Of a stretch of DNA of 64,000 nt, positions 1-10,552 are shown in pieces. The DNA is from Candidatus Poribacteria bacterium (GTDB taxonomy: Bacteria > Poribacteria > WGA-4E > WGA-3G), in the NCBI GenBank assembly GCA_964291315.2, contig OZ219752.1:128001-192000 (forward strand). The letters are read 5' to 3'. The notes beneath the pieces were generated by a model. That model made no database searches and was not told the origin of the DNA. It was given only the letters and a program-made list of their open reading frames with translations. The position numbers and the translations under genes were made by a program. Each line of letters opens with the position of its first letter. The stretch's first letter is position 1.

Positions 1-2
1 CG

Positions 3-716
3 ATTACCGCCACACACGAAAAACCTTACTCAACCGATGCGAATCTTCTCGGACTGACGCATGAAGCGGGACGACTCGAATCCCTAAAAACCGCTGCCAG
101 CTTTATTAATCCCGGTATGGGAGTGCATCCGAAGGATGCACCTGACGATGTAGAACACTTCACCGTCACATTTGCGCGCGGAAGACCTATTGAAATTAAC
201 GGAAGCCCTGTCACACCGCTCCAGAGTCTGTTGGAGACAAACCGCATTGGTGGACGGAATGGTGTGGGCATCGCCATTCATACCGTTGAAAATCGGTTTG
301 TCGGTATTAAAAGCCGCGGAGTCTATGAGTCGCCCGGGATGGAATTGCTCGGGAAGTGTTATGAATATCTACTCCAACTGATTTTAGATAGACGCGCACG
401 CCGGCATCTTGATGGCGTTGCCGCTACAATCGCGGAGCAGATCTATCAAGGGTATTGGTTCGATGCCACCACCCAGGCCCTGTTAGCTTCTATTGAGCCC
501 CTGACCGAATTAGCAAGTGGGACTATCACAGTAGCACTTTACAAAGGGAATGTCACATTCCACGCCGCAGATAATGCCCCGCACTCACTCTACTCGGAGG
601 AGACGGCTTCCATGGAAGCCGTTGGTAACTTCGATCACGCGGATTCCGAAGGGTTTTTAGCCGTATTAGGTGTGGGGGCTCGGGCATCAGCTGTTGCTGG
701 ACACACGCCAGAATGA
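3..716 (+). CDS. argG: Argininosuccinate synthase, C-terminal part (5' end truncated by window edge)
   Basis: Frame is open from position 3 (ITATHEKPYSTDANLLGLTHEAG...). Contains the ArgG motifs 'VENRFVGIKSRGVYESPG' and 'HSLYSEETASM'. Confidence 0.93.
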   Translation: MTATHEKPYSTDANLLGLTHEAGRLESLKTAASFINPGMGVHPKDAPDDVEHFTVTFARGRPIEINGSPVTPLQSLLETNRIGGRNGVGIAIHTVENRFVGIKSRGVYESPGMELLGKCYEYLLQLILDRRARRHLDGVAATIAEQIYQGYWFDATTQALLASIEPLTELASGTITVALYKGNVTFHAADNAPHSLYSEETASMEAVGNFDHADSEGFLAVLGVGARASAVAGHTPE

Positions 717-720
717 ACAT

Positions 721-1713
721 TCAAGGCACTTCAATCTTCGCTAACACTTGCGAAATGATGCTCTCGACATCACGCCCGTCCGCCTCCGCTTCATAACTGA
801 CGATCACTCGATGCCTTAGCACATCTGCGCCCACGGCATGAATATCTTCAGGCGTAACATAGCCTCGTTGTGAGAGAAACGCGCGAGCTCTCGCAGCAAA
901 CGCTAAGAAGATAGTCGCACGCGGGGATGCCCCGTATTCAATCAAGGTGCTGAGTTCTTCTAACTGATAGGCCTGCGGGGTCCGCGTCGCACACACCAGA
1001 TCGACGATGTAATTTTCTAATTGCTCTGCCATGTAGATATTACGGACGATCTCCCTGAATCGGATAATATCTCCAAGAGAAATCACCTGCTGAATTGGAT
1101 GTATTTCTTCGGTCGTCATCCGCCGAAGGATCTGCAACTCCTCGCCGTGTGAGGGGTAATCAACCTTAACTTTCAGCATAAACCTATCCACTTGTGCTTC
1201 AGGTAACGGATAAGTGCCTTCATGCTCAATGGGGTTTTGGGTGGCTAAGACTAGAAAGGGATCACCTAGTGGATATGTGGTTCCACCGATCGTGACCTGC
1301 CGTTCCTGCATCGCTTCAAGGAGCGCGCTTTGAACCTTGGCAGGTGCACGGTTTATCTCATCTGCAAGGATAATGTTGGCGAAAATGGGGCCCTTTTTCG
1401 TGTAAAAATCGCCCTGCTGCTGATCGTAGATAAGCGTGCCGATGAGGTCTGCTGGGAGCAAATCAGGTGTGAACTGCAGACGGTTGAAGGAAGCATCGAT
1501 AGTTTGGGCGAGTGCATTCACAGCGGTTGTTTTTGCCAAACCAGGTACGCCTTCCAGCAGAATATGTCCATTGCAGAGCAGTCCGATAAGCAAACCTTCC
1601 AGCAATTCGCTCTGCCCAACGATAATTTTCCCTGTCTCTGTGAGAATCCGCTGTATGTACCCGCTATCTGCTTGGATGCGGGCATTCATCGCTTCTAAGT
1701 CGTAGTTTTGCAT
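721..1713 (-). CDS. MoxR family AAA+ ATPase
   Basis: Walker A 'LLEGVPGLAKT', 'RLQFTPDLLPADLIG', 'ADEINRAPAKVQSALLEAMQE', 'ATQNPIEHEGTYPLPEAQVDRF'. Confidence 0.95.
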   Translation of the reverse strand: MQNYDLEAMNARIQADSGYIQRILTETGKIIVGQSELLEGLLIGLLCNGHILLEGVPGLAKTTAVNALAQTIDASFNRLQFTPDLLPADLIGTLIYDQQQGDFYTKKGPIFANIILADEINRAPAKVQSALLEAMQERQVTIGGTTYPLGDPFLVLATQNPIEHEGTYPLPEAQVDRFMLKVKVDYPSHGEELQILRRMTTEEIHPIQQVISLGDIIRFREIVRNIYMAEQLENYIVDLVCATRTPQAYQLEELSTLIEYGASPRATIFLAFAARARAFLSQRGYVTPEDIHAVGADVLRHRVIVSYEAEADGRDVESIISQVLAKIEVP

Positions 1714-1730
1714 GCTGAAATAGCTAACTG

Positions 1731-3083
1731 CTATGAGAAAAAAGCCGGCGTTTCGCCTTCCTGAAAGGACTGCTCAAGCCACGGATCTTTGGTCTTCTGC
1801 CTGAACCCGAGGACCTTTTGACGCATTTCGTTGGCAATCTCTTGTAACGCCGGCACGTCAATGAGATTCTCTGATTCTGCCGGATCGGCTTCTATATCAA
1901 ACAGTGCCTCACGACTCTGCTGTAAGAAATTATTCCGCTGCCGTTCCCCGAGTTGTTGAACGTTATCGTTGCGCACGGCTGTCCAAGAGATGGATCGGAA
2001 CAGATCGCTGGGAAGTGGTGTCTCCAATTGATACGCCAAATTACGGACGTACTTATATCGCCGCCCTCGCAAGACGCGATACGGATAGTAGTTAGTTACC
2101 TCGTGGAAGCAGTGGGAAAAATAGGTCTCCTCCCATTCACCGTTTCCCGGTTGCGAACTATCATCTTCAAGGATAGAAAGGATCGATTTACCCGGAAGCG
2201 TGGCCGCACCATCCGGGGGCGTAACACCACACCAATCTAACATCGTTGGGCAGAAGTCTACCCAATTGACGAGTGCCTGATTATGGAATCCCCGTTTTTG
2301 TTGTGTGGGACTAGCGATAAGCAGTGGGCAATGGTGTCCGCTATCGAAACTTGATGCCTTCGCACCGGGAAACGGCATCGCGTGATCAGTCGTAACAAAG
2401 ACAAGGGTCTCATCTGCACGCCCAGAAGTGTCAAGCGCGTCCAAGACCGCACCCACTACGGCATCCCAGCGTGAAACGCTTTCGTAATAATCGGCAAGGT
2501 CCTCACGGACAGCCGGAACATCTGGCAAGAAATTCGGGACAATTATTTCGTCCGGACTATAAGAGCTAGGTTGAATCCCAGCATGCTCCTGCTGGTTTCC
2601 GAAACCTTTACCTGCCCGATGTGGATAGGTGCTACCGATATGGAGGTAGAAGGGCTGATCTACGTTCTCAGAGAGGAATTGCTTCACTTTCGATGCCATG
2701 TCCATAGGGCTTCTGGCATCAACCTTGGGCTCAAAATCAAACGGATAAACCGAGGCAGGTTCAACGTGTTTCTTCCCGAGGCACGCCGTAGCAAATCCTT
2801 GTGCTTTCAGGATTTTCGGCACCGATTGCATGTGTTCATGTGTCCGGAATCCGTGAATTCCGTGGCAGTGTCCATATTGCCCGTGTGTATGACTATGTTG
2901 GCCCGTCAGAATGCACGCGCGACTCACAGCGCAGGATGGACTTGTGCAAAAAGCATGATCAAACACAACCCCGCGTTCTGCGAAGGTGTCGATGTGCGGC
3001 GTTCGGATAACCTCGTTCCCGTAACACTTCGCAATGCGGCTCCAATCGTCTGCAATGACAAACATGACGCTTTTATGACTCAT
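1731..3083 (-). CDS. Sulfatase, N-sulfoglucosamine sulfohydrolase-like
   Basis: Start MSHKSVMFVIADD at 3083 with a GAAAGGAG RBS. Active-site region 'FCTSPSCAVSRACILTG', plus 'GKKHV', 'TTDHAMPFPGAK' and 'HEVTNYYPYR'. Confidence 0.9.
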   Translation of the reverse strand: MSHKSVMFVIADDWSRIAKCYGNEVIRTPHIDTFAERGVVFDHAFCTSPSCAVSRACILTGQHSHTHGQYGHCHGIHGFRTHEHMQSVPKILKAQGFATACLGKKHVEPASVYPFDFEPKVDARSPMDMASKVKQFLSENVDQPFYLHIGSTYPHRAGKGFGNQQEHAGIQPSSYSPDEIIVPNFLPDVPAVREDLADYYESVSRWDAVVGAVLDALDTSGRADETLVFVTTDHAMPFPGAKASSFDSGHHCPLLIASPTQQKRGFHNQALVNWVDFCPTMLDWCGVTPPDGAATLPGKSILSILEDDSSQPGNGEWEETYFSHCFHEVTNYYPYRVLRGRRYKYVRNLAYQLETPLPSDLFRSISWTAVRNDNVQQLGERQRNNFLQQSREALFDIEADPAESENLIDVPALQEIANEMRQKVLGFRQKTKDPWLEQSFQEGETPAFFS

Positions 3084-3118
3084 AATACTCCTTTCTGATG
3101 TTAGGTTTGAGGTGTGAA

Positions 3119-5494
3119 CTACACAAGTCCCCCACGTTTTCTTAGGAACCACTCGAACCCAAGTAGTACAATAACAGCACCAAAAATCAAAGGCATATCC
3201 CAAATATCAACGTCCGTAATTTTTGACGTTGCACTCTCTACAAGCGGAATCCGGTTTGCCAGTTGAGATGCTTCTTCAGGGCGATAGTATTCCCCGCCGC
3301 TGCCCTCGGCAAGTGTTTTGAGAAGCGCGACGTTGAGTTCAGCATCACTGAATTCAGCATAAGAAGTTTTTACTTCAAACAGACTCTGCTGTTCGCCTAA
3401 GTTTTCACCGTCAAGCGTACCCGTGGCAGTCACGGTGTATTCTCCGTATCGATTCGGAATAAAACGGGCTGTGTAAAATCCATCTTTACCGAGTACCTGT
3501 TCAAGTTTCAGCTCTTTGCGCTTCCCTGTCTCGTCAACGACAACGGCGCGGAGTTTTGCGTTGTTTGTCAGCTCAAACTGCGGATCCGTAGCAGTGACCT
3601 CAATCACGACTGGCTCTTTCAAGGTATAAGCGGTTTTTGCTATATCGAGTTTGATATGCTCCTTTGGTGCGGTTGTCAACCACTTGGCAACCTGTCGCCA
3701 GAATCTTTCATAACTATCGTCCTCTCGTGGCATGTGCATCCGCCATCGCCATGAGGTGTGAGGGGTAAACACCATAACACGCCCGGCGTTGTAATTGTGC
3801 GTTGCAATAAGGATTCGATTGCCGAATTCGTTCCGATCTCTTGGATGCTCAGCAAGGACAACTGCCCCCGCTTTCGCTCGTTTTACCTTGCTATATCCCA
3901 TGAGCGTAGGAAAATCCATCCAACGTTTGACATTTTCCGTAGAATTGCTCACCAATGCCATCAGTGTTTCAACCTTCCCATCTGCTGTCAGCTGCAATTT
4001 ATAACCTTTGTCCTCGCTAGACCGTGAGCCGGGGAGCCTCGGTGATAAGGGGGCAGGCGGCGATCCAAGCTCTAGCTCTACCGGAAGGCACTGCGCAATT
4101 GGTGTGTTAATATAGGAGGCGGCAAGTTCATGGTTACCCAAAGAGCTAGAACCGCCTAACATAAGCAGCCCACCGCCTCGGGTACGGACGAAATCGAGGG
4201 TATTCTCTAACTGGTCGCTGGTAAATTCAGATGCGTCGACGTTGCCTAAAATGATAGCGTCAAAGTCGAAAAGCGTTGCCTTGTCGTCAGGATAAAAATC
4301 GAAATCGTGGGATGCTTCTGAGAGCGTGCCTCCATAAAACTGTTTATCCGTAGTGACACTGGTCAAGAATCGGTCAGTTACTTGGATGTTCGGGTCATTT
4401 TTAAGGGCACGTTTTATAAAACCAAACTCCCACCGCGGTTTGCCATCAATAAACAGGATTTTTGCGCGCTTGGTAGGTGCAACTTTCAGTAAGAATGTTT
4501 TGGTGTTATTTTGGGGGACAGCTTCCATTTCTTCCAACGCCGCATGGACCTCGAATCTGTGGGTGCCTGCTTGCCGAGGCGTAAATTTGAGCAACACACG
4601 TTCCGTCTTTGTATTAGACGAATCGTCAGTTATACGGATCTGGCGCGTCCAAGAGGTATCTTTATCCATGTCAACAGACTCTGTTTTCAGGACACGTCCG
4701 GCGCTCGTTAATTGGAGGTTCACTTTCTTTCCGGCAAAACCCTTTCGTTTTAGCGTAACCCACATCTCTACAGGAAAATCTTCTTCCGCGGTGCGGGGGA
4801 TATCTACCTTGACAAGTTCCAGATCTGAATTGCCCGTTTCCGAACCGATACCGATTGTATGAATAGGAAGTTTACGTTCTCGAGTTTGCATTGCAAATTT
4901 TGCGATGTCTGCACCACTTCTGTCCGCTCCGTCTGTCAATAGAACCACCCCGGATAGCGGAATTCCATGTAGATCCTCGAGCGCCTCGTTGAGAGCGTGT
5001 GGAATATCTGTACTTTCGCCAGCAGCGGCTTTCAAATATTGGCTTGGAATCCGTTTTGCTGTTGTATCAAACCCAAAAAATCGGATCTTGAATTTAGCTT
5101 CGAGTTTTTCAAGGAGTCCGTCTCCGTCCCGGAAAAGTAATTCGTTGGCACGCCGCAATCGTGCCGCTCCGCCCATTGAATCAGTAATCTGCATACTCTT
5201 GGACTGATCAACCATTACTAATAGATAGGAATCGTCCGGGCTTGTCTGATAAATTGTCAGGAACGGTTTAAGGAGACAGAAGACGAGCATAGAGAAAACC
5301 ACAACACGAAAAAGGATGAGAAGCCCTCGAAATCTGCGGCGGATACGTCCTTGTGTGCTACGATATGCCCACACCGTCGTGGCAAAAAGCGCAATAAGCA
5401 GCATAGCTATCAGAAGTCCCGGCAGCGGGACACCAAACGAGAAATTTCCCTCTCGGAAGACATCAATGGGATACTTCATCATTTTCTCAAACAC
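3119..5494 (-). CDS. Membrane protein with VWA domain and class I glutamine amidotransferase-like (DUF1355-like) domain
   Basis: Two N-terminal TM helices, MIDAS-like 'VDQSKSM' and 'LLTDG', 'GGGLLMLGG', 'SWRWRM', C-terminal TM ending 'EWFLRKRGGLV'. This architecture typically accompanies MoxR loci. Confidence 0.8.
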   Translation of the reverse strand: MFEKMMKYPIDVFREGNFSFGVPLPGLLIAMLLIALFATTVWAYRSTQGRIRRRFRGLLILFRVVVFSMLVFCLLKPFLTIYQTSPDDSYLLVMVDQSKSMQITDSMGGAARLRRANELLFRDGDGLLEKLEAKFKIRFFGFDTTAKRIPSQYLKAAAGESTDIPHALNEALEDLHGIPLSGVVLLTDGADRSGADIAKFAMQTRERKLPIHTIGIGSETGNSDLELVKVDIPRTAEEDFPVEMWVTLKRKGFAGKKVNLQLTSAGRVLKTESVDMDKDTSWTRQIRITDDSSNTKTERVLLKFTPRQAGTHRFEVHAALEEMEAVPQNNTKTFLLKVAPTKRAKILFIDGKPRWEFGFIKRALKNDPNIQVTDRFLTSVTTDKQFYGGTLSEASHDFDFYPDDKATLFDFDAIILGNVDASEFTSDQLENTLDFVRTRGGGLLMLGGSSSLGNHELAASYINTPIAQCLPVELELGSPPAPLSPRLPGSRSSEDKGYKLQLTADGKVETLMALVSNSTENVKRWMDFPTLMGYSKVKRAKAGAVVLAEHPRDRNEFGNRILIATHNYNAGRVMVFTPHTSWRWRMHMPREDDSYERFWRQVAKWLTTAPKEHIKLDIAKTAYTLKEPVVIEVTATDPQFELTNNAKLRAVVVDETGKRKELKLEQVLGKDGFYTARFIPNRYGEYTVTATGTLDGENLGEQQSLFEVKTSYAEFSDAELNVALLKTLAEGSGGEYYRPEEASQLANRIPLVESATSKITDVDIWDMPLIFGAVIVLLGFEWFLRKRGGLV

Positions 5495-5626
5495 AATCGT
5501 TTACCCTTATACTTTTAGTTATTAGCTATTAGCTTTGAGTCGCTTGTTCGCACATACACTACTCGTTATGGATTCTTGTAGATGAATCCCTTTCTCCCGC
5601 TACAAAAAATTCTTAACCACTGACTG

Positions 5627-6628
5627 CTATTTGCCAATTGCTATTTGTTGACCGGTGTGCGCGGATTCATGCAACGCATCAATAACCCTCATATTCCCGA
5701 GTGAGTCGGCTATCAGTAAGTGCGTTGGCGTGCCACTCTCCACGGCTCGACACAGATCTAAGATTTCGGCGGCGTACGGATTTAACCCGCTCACACTAAA
5801 CGTCTCACTATCTATCATGAAGTGTGAGTCGCCCTCGGCGTTACCCCACGCGCTTTGAACAAAGAGCGTCCCATCTGTGCCAGCGACCTCATAACATTCA
5901 CGCCATGTCCAACCGAAACTACAATCCAACTGTCCAGTAACTCCATTGCCAAAATCCAACGTCCCAATGAGTGTTTCCCAAACATTATTAATCGGTTCAA
6001 ACTTGCCGGTTGCCCAGACCGATGCGGGCTCTCTACCTACGAGGTAACGGATGATGTTGATGCAATAACAGCCTAAATCCATAACGGCACCGCCACCGAG
6101 ACCACCTCTCAACCGCCAATTCCGGCGATCTGTGAGTTCTGTCGAAAAACTGGATCGTACATAACGGATCTCCCCGATTGCTCCGTCCTCAATCCTCCGC
6201 TTCACAGCGAGCGTCAATGGATGATAGCGATACATGAATCCTTCCATCAATAGAACGTTAGCACGTTCGGTAACCTGGATCATCTGTTCCAACTCTGTGG
6301 CGTTAATAGCAATGGGTTTTTCAACGAGGATCCCTTTGACACCACCCCGGACCGCCTCCAGTACATTTTTCAGATGGCTTGAGGGCCACGTCGCAATTAC
6401 TAAGATATCGGGGTGCTGCTTTTCCAACATCTGCCGAAGGTCGTTGTAAGTATTTTGGACATTGTATTCAGTAGCGAATTGGACAAGCGGTTCAAACTTT
6501 TCATCACATGCCCCTACAATTTCAATTTCTGGCACGTTTCGCCAAGCCTTGCCGTGGGCGTGAGATATACCACCACAACCAACGATCGCGATACGATATT
6601 TTGATGAAACACTGGTAAATTGGGACAT
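5627..6628 (-). CDS. Gfo/Idh/MocA family oxidoreductase
   Basis: 'IAIVGCGGIS' Rossmann motif, 'EKPIA', 'GGGAVMDLGCYCI'. Confidence 0.92.
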   Translation of the reverse strand: MSQFTSVSSKYRIAIVGCGGISHAHGKAWRNVPEIEIVGACDEKFEPLVQFATEYNVQNTYNDLRQMLEKQHPDILVIATWPSSHLKNVLEAVRGGVKGILVEKPIAINATELEQMIQVTERANVLLMEGFMYRYHPLTLAVKRRIEDGAIGEIRYVRSSFSTELTDRRNWRLRGGLGGGAVMDLGCYCINIIRYLVGREPASVWATGKFEPINNVWETLIGTLDFGNGVTGQLDCSFGWTWRECYEVAGTDGTLFVQSAWGNAEGDSHFMIDSETFSVSGLNPYAAEILDLCRAVESGTPTHLLIADSLGNMRVIDALHESAHTGQQIAIGK

Positions 6629-6662
6629 AGACGCTTCTTTTCGCTGTAATTGAAATGCATCG

Positions 6663-7637
6663 TTACAGCATCGACGAAATCTCTACTGGTCTGTTCTCCT
6701 GGGCAGATCGGTTCGCTGCGATCGATATTGCAAGCGTTTTGACTGCATCGCTATAAGGACTCAAGATTGCAGAAGTATCCGTCCTTCGCACCGCTTCGAC
6801 AAAAACGTCATCAATTGTTAGACTCGGTTGTGTTTTATCCGCCCATGTGCCATCTTCCTGAACTGAGACTCTTGCTGGATTCCAATTCAGCAGTTCTCCC
6901 TCATACAGCAAATCAAGGACATTGGCGTTCGACCAGTCACCTCTATAAGCCCAAGTCGCAGTCAACGAACCGACAACACCATTCGCAAACTGGAACGTAA
7001 CACTGTTAGTATCCGGGCAATCTGTCTCTTTGAGAACCCGATTGGCTTGCACAGCGTAGACAGTCTCTACCTCGCCACATAGATAGCGCATCATATCAAT
7101 AGTGTGTGTTGCTTGTTCGACCAGTTGCCCTCCGGATTTGTTCATCCGTCGGAGCCACGCGCTCGGGTCTCCATATCCGGTGCCGCACCAATACTTACCA
7201 ACAACCATATTGAGGGTTTTTCCCTGCAGGATCTGTTGTGCTATTTGCGTGGAACCGAGGTAACGGAGTTGATAACCGACACAGGTTATCAATCCAGCTC
7301 TCTTCACCTCGGCTTCAATCTGGTGAGCAGTGTCCATAGTAATGGCAACAGGCTTCTCAACGAAAAAGGGCAAACCGCGTGCAATAACGTCGAGTTCCGG
7401 TTGTCCATGAACAAAAACAGGCAGGCTGATATAAACTGCATCCAAGTCATCGCGTTCAAGGAGATATTGGTGTGCAGTATAGGCATCGGCGTCATGTCTT
7501 TCAGCTGAACTTTGTGCACGTTCGGCTTGAACATCGCACACAGCCACAACGCGTGCCCCCTCAATTTCGGCTAACCGATTCATGTGCCCGTTGGCATTAC
7601 CGCCGCAACCGATAAATCCGATTTTGATTTCTTTCAT
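6663..7637 (-). CDS. Gfo/Idh/MocA family oxidoreductase
   Basis: Start MKEIKIGFIGCGG at 7637 with an AGAGGTG RBS; 'EKPVA', 'GGQLVEQATHTID'. Confidence 0.92.
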   Translation of the reverse strand: MKEIKIGFIGCGGNANGHMNRLAEIEGARVVAVCDVQAERAQSSAERHDADAYTAHQYLLERDDLDAVYISLPVFVHGQPELDVIARGLPFFVEKPVAITMDTAHQIEAEVKRAGLITCVGYQLRYLGSTQIAQQILQGKTLNMVVGKYWCGTGYGDPSAWLRRMNKSGGQLVEQATHTIDMMRYLCGEVETVYAVQANRVLKETDCPDTNSVTFQFANGVVGSLTATWAYRGDWSNANVLDLLYEGELLNWNPARVSVQEDGTWADKTQPSLTIDDVFVEAVRRTDTSAILSPYSDAVKTLAISIAANRSAQENRPVEISSML

Positions 7638-7898
7638 TTTCACCTCTACAAGCGGTCTAAAGTTAGTACATTCTCGACATTGACTAATAGGACGTGAAAT
7701 TAACTTGTAAAGCTCTACTATTTCTATTCTGAAAACCCAAAATTTCACTTCTTATCGCTAAAAAACACCCGCCAGCGGATGCGTATAAAAGTAGACGTAG
7801 CAACAAACAAATTGCTTGCTTTCAAGTTTCAGAAAGCAATAAGCCGACTATTTTTTTTTACAAAATTCCGCATGTATTTCTGATTTTGTACTATTTTA

Positions 7899-7929
7899 AC
7901 TTGATTTTAAATGCAAAATCAAGTATTAT
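7899..7929. promoter_or_regulatory. Palindrome overlapping a putative sigma70 promoter of the ccm cluster
   Basis: ACTTGATTTT-aaatgc-AAAATCAAGT (perfect 10-bp arms, 7899-7924). TTGATT-17 bp-TATTAT on + strand, in a divergent intergenic region. Confidence 0.5.
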
Positions 7930-8008
7930 TTTAAAAATATAAGATTTTGTTTTGTCGGCGTGGTTAAAAATTATGCTCCCCTAACTTGCATTAATGGAGG
8001 ATGTTCAG

Positions 8009-8455
8009 GTGCAAAAACAGAAAAGACTCAAAATCATCATTGCGGGTGTCATCTTGTTGAGCGCGATGGCGTTTCTGGTAGTAGATGGAATTAAAAGTAC
8101 CGGTGTCCGGCACTTCACGCCGGCTTCACTTGTGGAGGATAAGGTCAAGATGGACAATCAACGCGTCCAAGTTGATGGTCTCATTTCAGATGGTAGTTCC
8201 AAATGGGATGCCGTTAATTTTAAGCTCACTTTTGCTGTCCGCGACCGAGACAGCATAGCAACCGTCAATGTGATCTATAAGGATAGACTCAAACCGGATA
8301 ACTTTATTGATGGTGGCAGCGTTTTCGTCGAAGGTAGATACGATGCAACGCAAAACCTCATAGTCGCTTCTAAACTTATGACGAAATGCGCCTCAAAATA
8401 TGAAGGTGCTGAGAGTGCTACATCTACAAGCGAAACTTCTTACATTTCCGAGTAG
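8009..8455 (+). CDS. ccmE: Cytochrome c maturation heme chaperone CcmE, Cys-type (CxxxY)
   Basis: N-terminal TM, 'KPDNFIDGGSVFVEG', heme-binding 'MTKCASKY'. GTG start at 8009 after GGAGG (alternative ATG 7994). Confidence 0.92.
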   Translation: MQKQKRLKIIIAGVILLSAMAFLVVDGIKSTGVRHFTPASLVEDKVKMDNQRVQVDGLISDGSSKWDAVNFKLTFAVRDRDSIATVNVIYKDRLKPDNFIDGGSVFVEGRYDATQNLIVASKLMTKCASKYEGAESATSTSETSYISE

Positions 8456-8521
8456 TAAACACACCTTACTTTAAAAAAACAACATGTTTAACAACACTGT
8501 TTTCAGGAGGCAAAGACGCGC

Positions 8522-10540
8522 ATGACTGCGGAAATTGGGCAGGCCGCCATATATCTTTCTGTGCTCTCTGGTTTGTGGGCAATCGGCTTGCTGAGCATCG
8601 GGCTGCGCACGCGAAACCCAAACGCTGTGCAAAGCGGTAGAAACGCCGTGGTTGCCACCTTCACCCTTATCAGTATTGCAACCAGTGCTTTAATCTACGG
8701 CTTTGTAACTGATGATTTCTCAATGCGCTACGTTGTTGAAGTCTCCAGTGCAGCACAGCCTGTTCTTTATAAAGTCACAGCGCTCTGGGGCCGAATGTCC
8801 GGCTCGCTCCTTTTCTGGCTCTGGCTGCTTACCGTTGCTGGCGCGATTGTCGTCTGGCAAAACCGACGGTACAATAAAGAAACAGGAGATACTCTTGCAG
8901 ACCATGCTCTGATTCCTATCGCTATTGTCCAACTTTTTTTCATTATTCTTATCACCGGTTTAATAGAAGGTGTTTACAACCCTCTTGCCCGATTCCCGAA
9001 TGGGCAGATGGCACCAGATGGTGCTGGCATGAACCCGCTACTCCAGACTCCAAGTATGGCGTTCCATCCGCCAACGTTATATATCGGCTGGATTAGCCTG
9101 ACGGTGCCGTTCGCTTTTGCCGTGGGGGCCCTTACCTCCGGTAGGGTTGGCAGCGACTGGATACTCCGATCGCGCAGATGGACGCTCTTCTCTTGGATTG
9201 TCTTGACAATCGGTATCACGCTTGGAGGTAATTGGGCGTATCGTGAACTCGGTTGGGGCGGGTACTGGGCATGGGATCCCGTCGAAAATGCATCTTTCAT
9301 GCCGTGGCTCCTCGGCACTGCTTATCTGCATTCCGTGATGATTCAAGAAAAGCGGAGTATGCTCAAATTGTGGAATATCCTTCTGATTACGCTAGCCTTC
9401 CAATTTACATTGCTTGGAACTTTTATTACCCGAAGTGGAATTATCTCATCCGTGCATGCCTTTGCACAATCTGACATCGGTGGTTATTTCCTCGGTTTCA
9501 TCTTTGCTTCAAGTGCCGGAGTTATCGGTCTTATTATTTATCGTTGGAAGCGGCTCAAAAGCGCGAACCGCCTCGAGTCATTGCTCTCCCGCGAAAGTGC
9601 CTTTGTACTGAATAATTGGCTCTTCGTCGGGTTAACGCTAATTATTCTCTGGGGTACATTGTGGCCAATTATTTCCGAGGCGATCAATGGTCAAAAGGCC
9701 TCTGTCCCTGAAGCTTTTTTCAACAAAGTCGTTATTATCCCAGGGTTGCTGCTCCTCTTCTTAACGGGGGCGGGGCCGATTATCTCATGGAAAAAAATTA
9801 CTGTTAATAATTTTCGCCGTATGTTTTTTTGGCCCCTTATCGCCGGTTTAATCGGTGGTGCGTTGACGTTAGGATTTCTAGCATTGAGAGGTAATGCATC
9901 TTCTATCTACTCGGTGCTCTGCGTTTCTGTGAGCGTTTTCGTAATTGCCGCTATCTGCTCCGAATTTTATCGCGGGGCAAGGCTCCGTGCAAAACGACAA
10001 GAGACCTCCTTTCTCAACGGTTTGAGCCTCCTCATCCAACGCAACAAGCGGCGATATGGCGGTTATATCATTCATATCGGTATCGTGATTCTCTACATAG
10101 GTATTATGGGGTCGAAAGGCTATTTCCTACTTGAATCCGATAGTTTAGCACTCGGCGAATCGATGAAGGTAGGCGCGTTTGAACTTACAATGAAAAATTC
10201 TTTTGAGAAAGAATACGCAAACTACCGCAGAGCCGGTGTCACTTTTGATGTTACAAAGAACGGGAAATCGATGGGGACAATGGAACCGGCACGCCACTTC
10301 TATTACAAAGCCGGGCAAGGGGAACAAGATACGATCGAGTCTGCGATCCAACACTTCGGCGTAAACGATCTCTATATCGCTCTTGGTGAACTGCCCCAAG
10401 ATATTAAAGGCGGAGATATTGTGAACGTTCAAGTGTATCACAACCCATTAATTGGGATTGTCTGGATTGGAGTCGCTGTCATGGTAATCGGTGGAATTAT
10501 TGCTATAGCTGAAAAATCGCAACGCAGTCAAGCGGTTTGA
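8522..10540 (+). CDS. ccmF: Heme lyase CcmF
   Basis: WWD motif 'WAYRELGWGGYWAWDPVENASFMPWL', 'HPPTLYIG', 'TFITRSGIISSVHAF'; multiple TM helices. Confidence 0.96.
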   Translation: MTAEIGQAAIYLSVLSGLWAIGLLSIGLRTRNPNAVQSGRNAVVATFTLISIATSALIYGFVTDDFSMRYVVEVSSAAQPVLYKVTALWGRMSGSLLFWLWLLTVAGAIVVWQNRRYNKETGDTLADHALIPIAIVQLFFIILITGLIEGVYNPLARFPNGQMAPDGAGMNPLLQTPSMAFHPPTLYIGWISLTVPFAFAVGALTSGRVGSDWILRSRRWTLFSWIVLTIGITLGGNWAYRELGWGGYWAWDPVENASFMPWLLGTAYLHSVMIQEKRSMLKLWNILLITLAFQFTLLGTFITRSGIISSVHAFAQSDIGGYFLGFIFASSAGVIGLIIYRWKRLKSANRLESLLSRESAFVLNNWLFVGLTLIILWGTLWPIISEAINGQKASVPEAFFNKVVIIPGLLLLFLTGAGPIISWKKITVNNFRRMFFWPLIAGLIGGALTLGFLALRGNASSIYSVLCVSVSVFVIAAICSEFYRGARLRAKRQETSFLNGLSLLIQRNKRRYGGYIIHIGIVILYIGIMGSKGYFLLESDSLALGESMKVGAFELTMKNSFEKEYANYRRAGVTFDVTKNGKSMGTMEPARHFYYKAGQGEQDTIESAIQHFGVNDLYIALGELPQDIKGGDIVNVQVYHNPLIGIVWIGVAVMVIGGIIAIAEKSQRSQAV

Positions 10541-10552
10541 TTGGATAAGCTT

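Noticed and set aside
7901-7922. TTGAT...ATCAA as an FNR box upstream of the ccm genes
   Set aside because: The half-sites are 12 nt apart; FNR requires 4.
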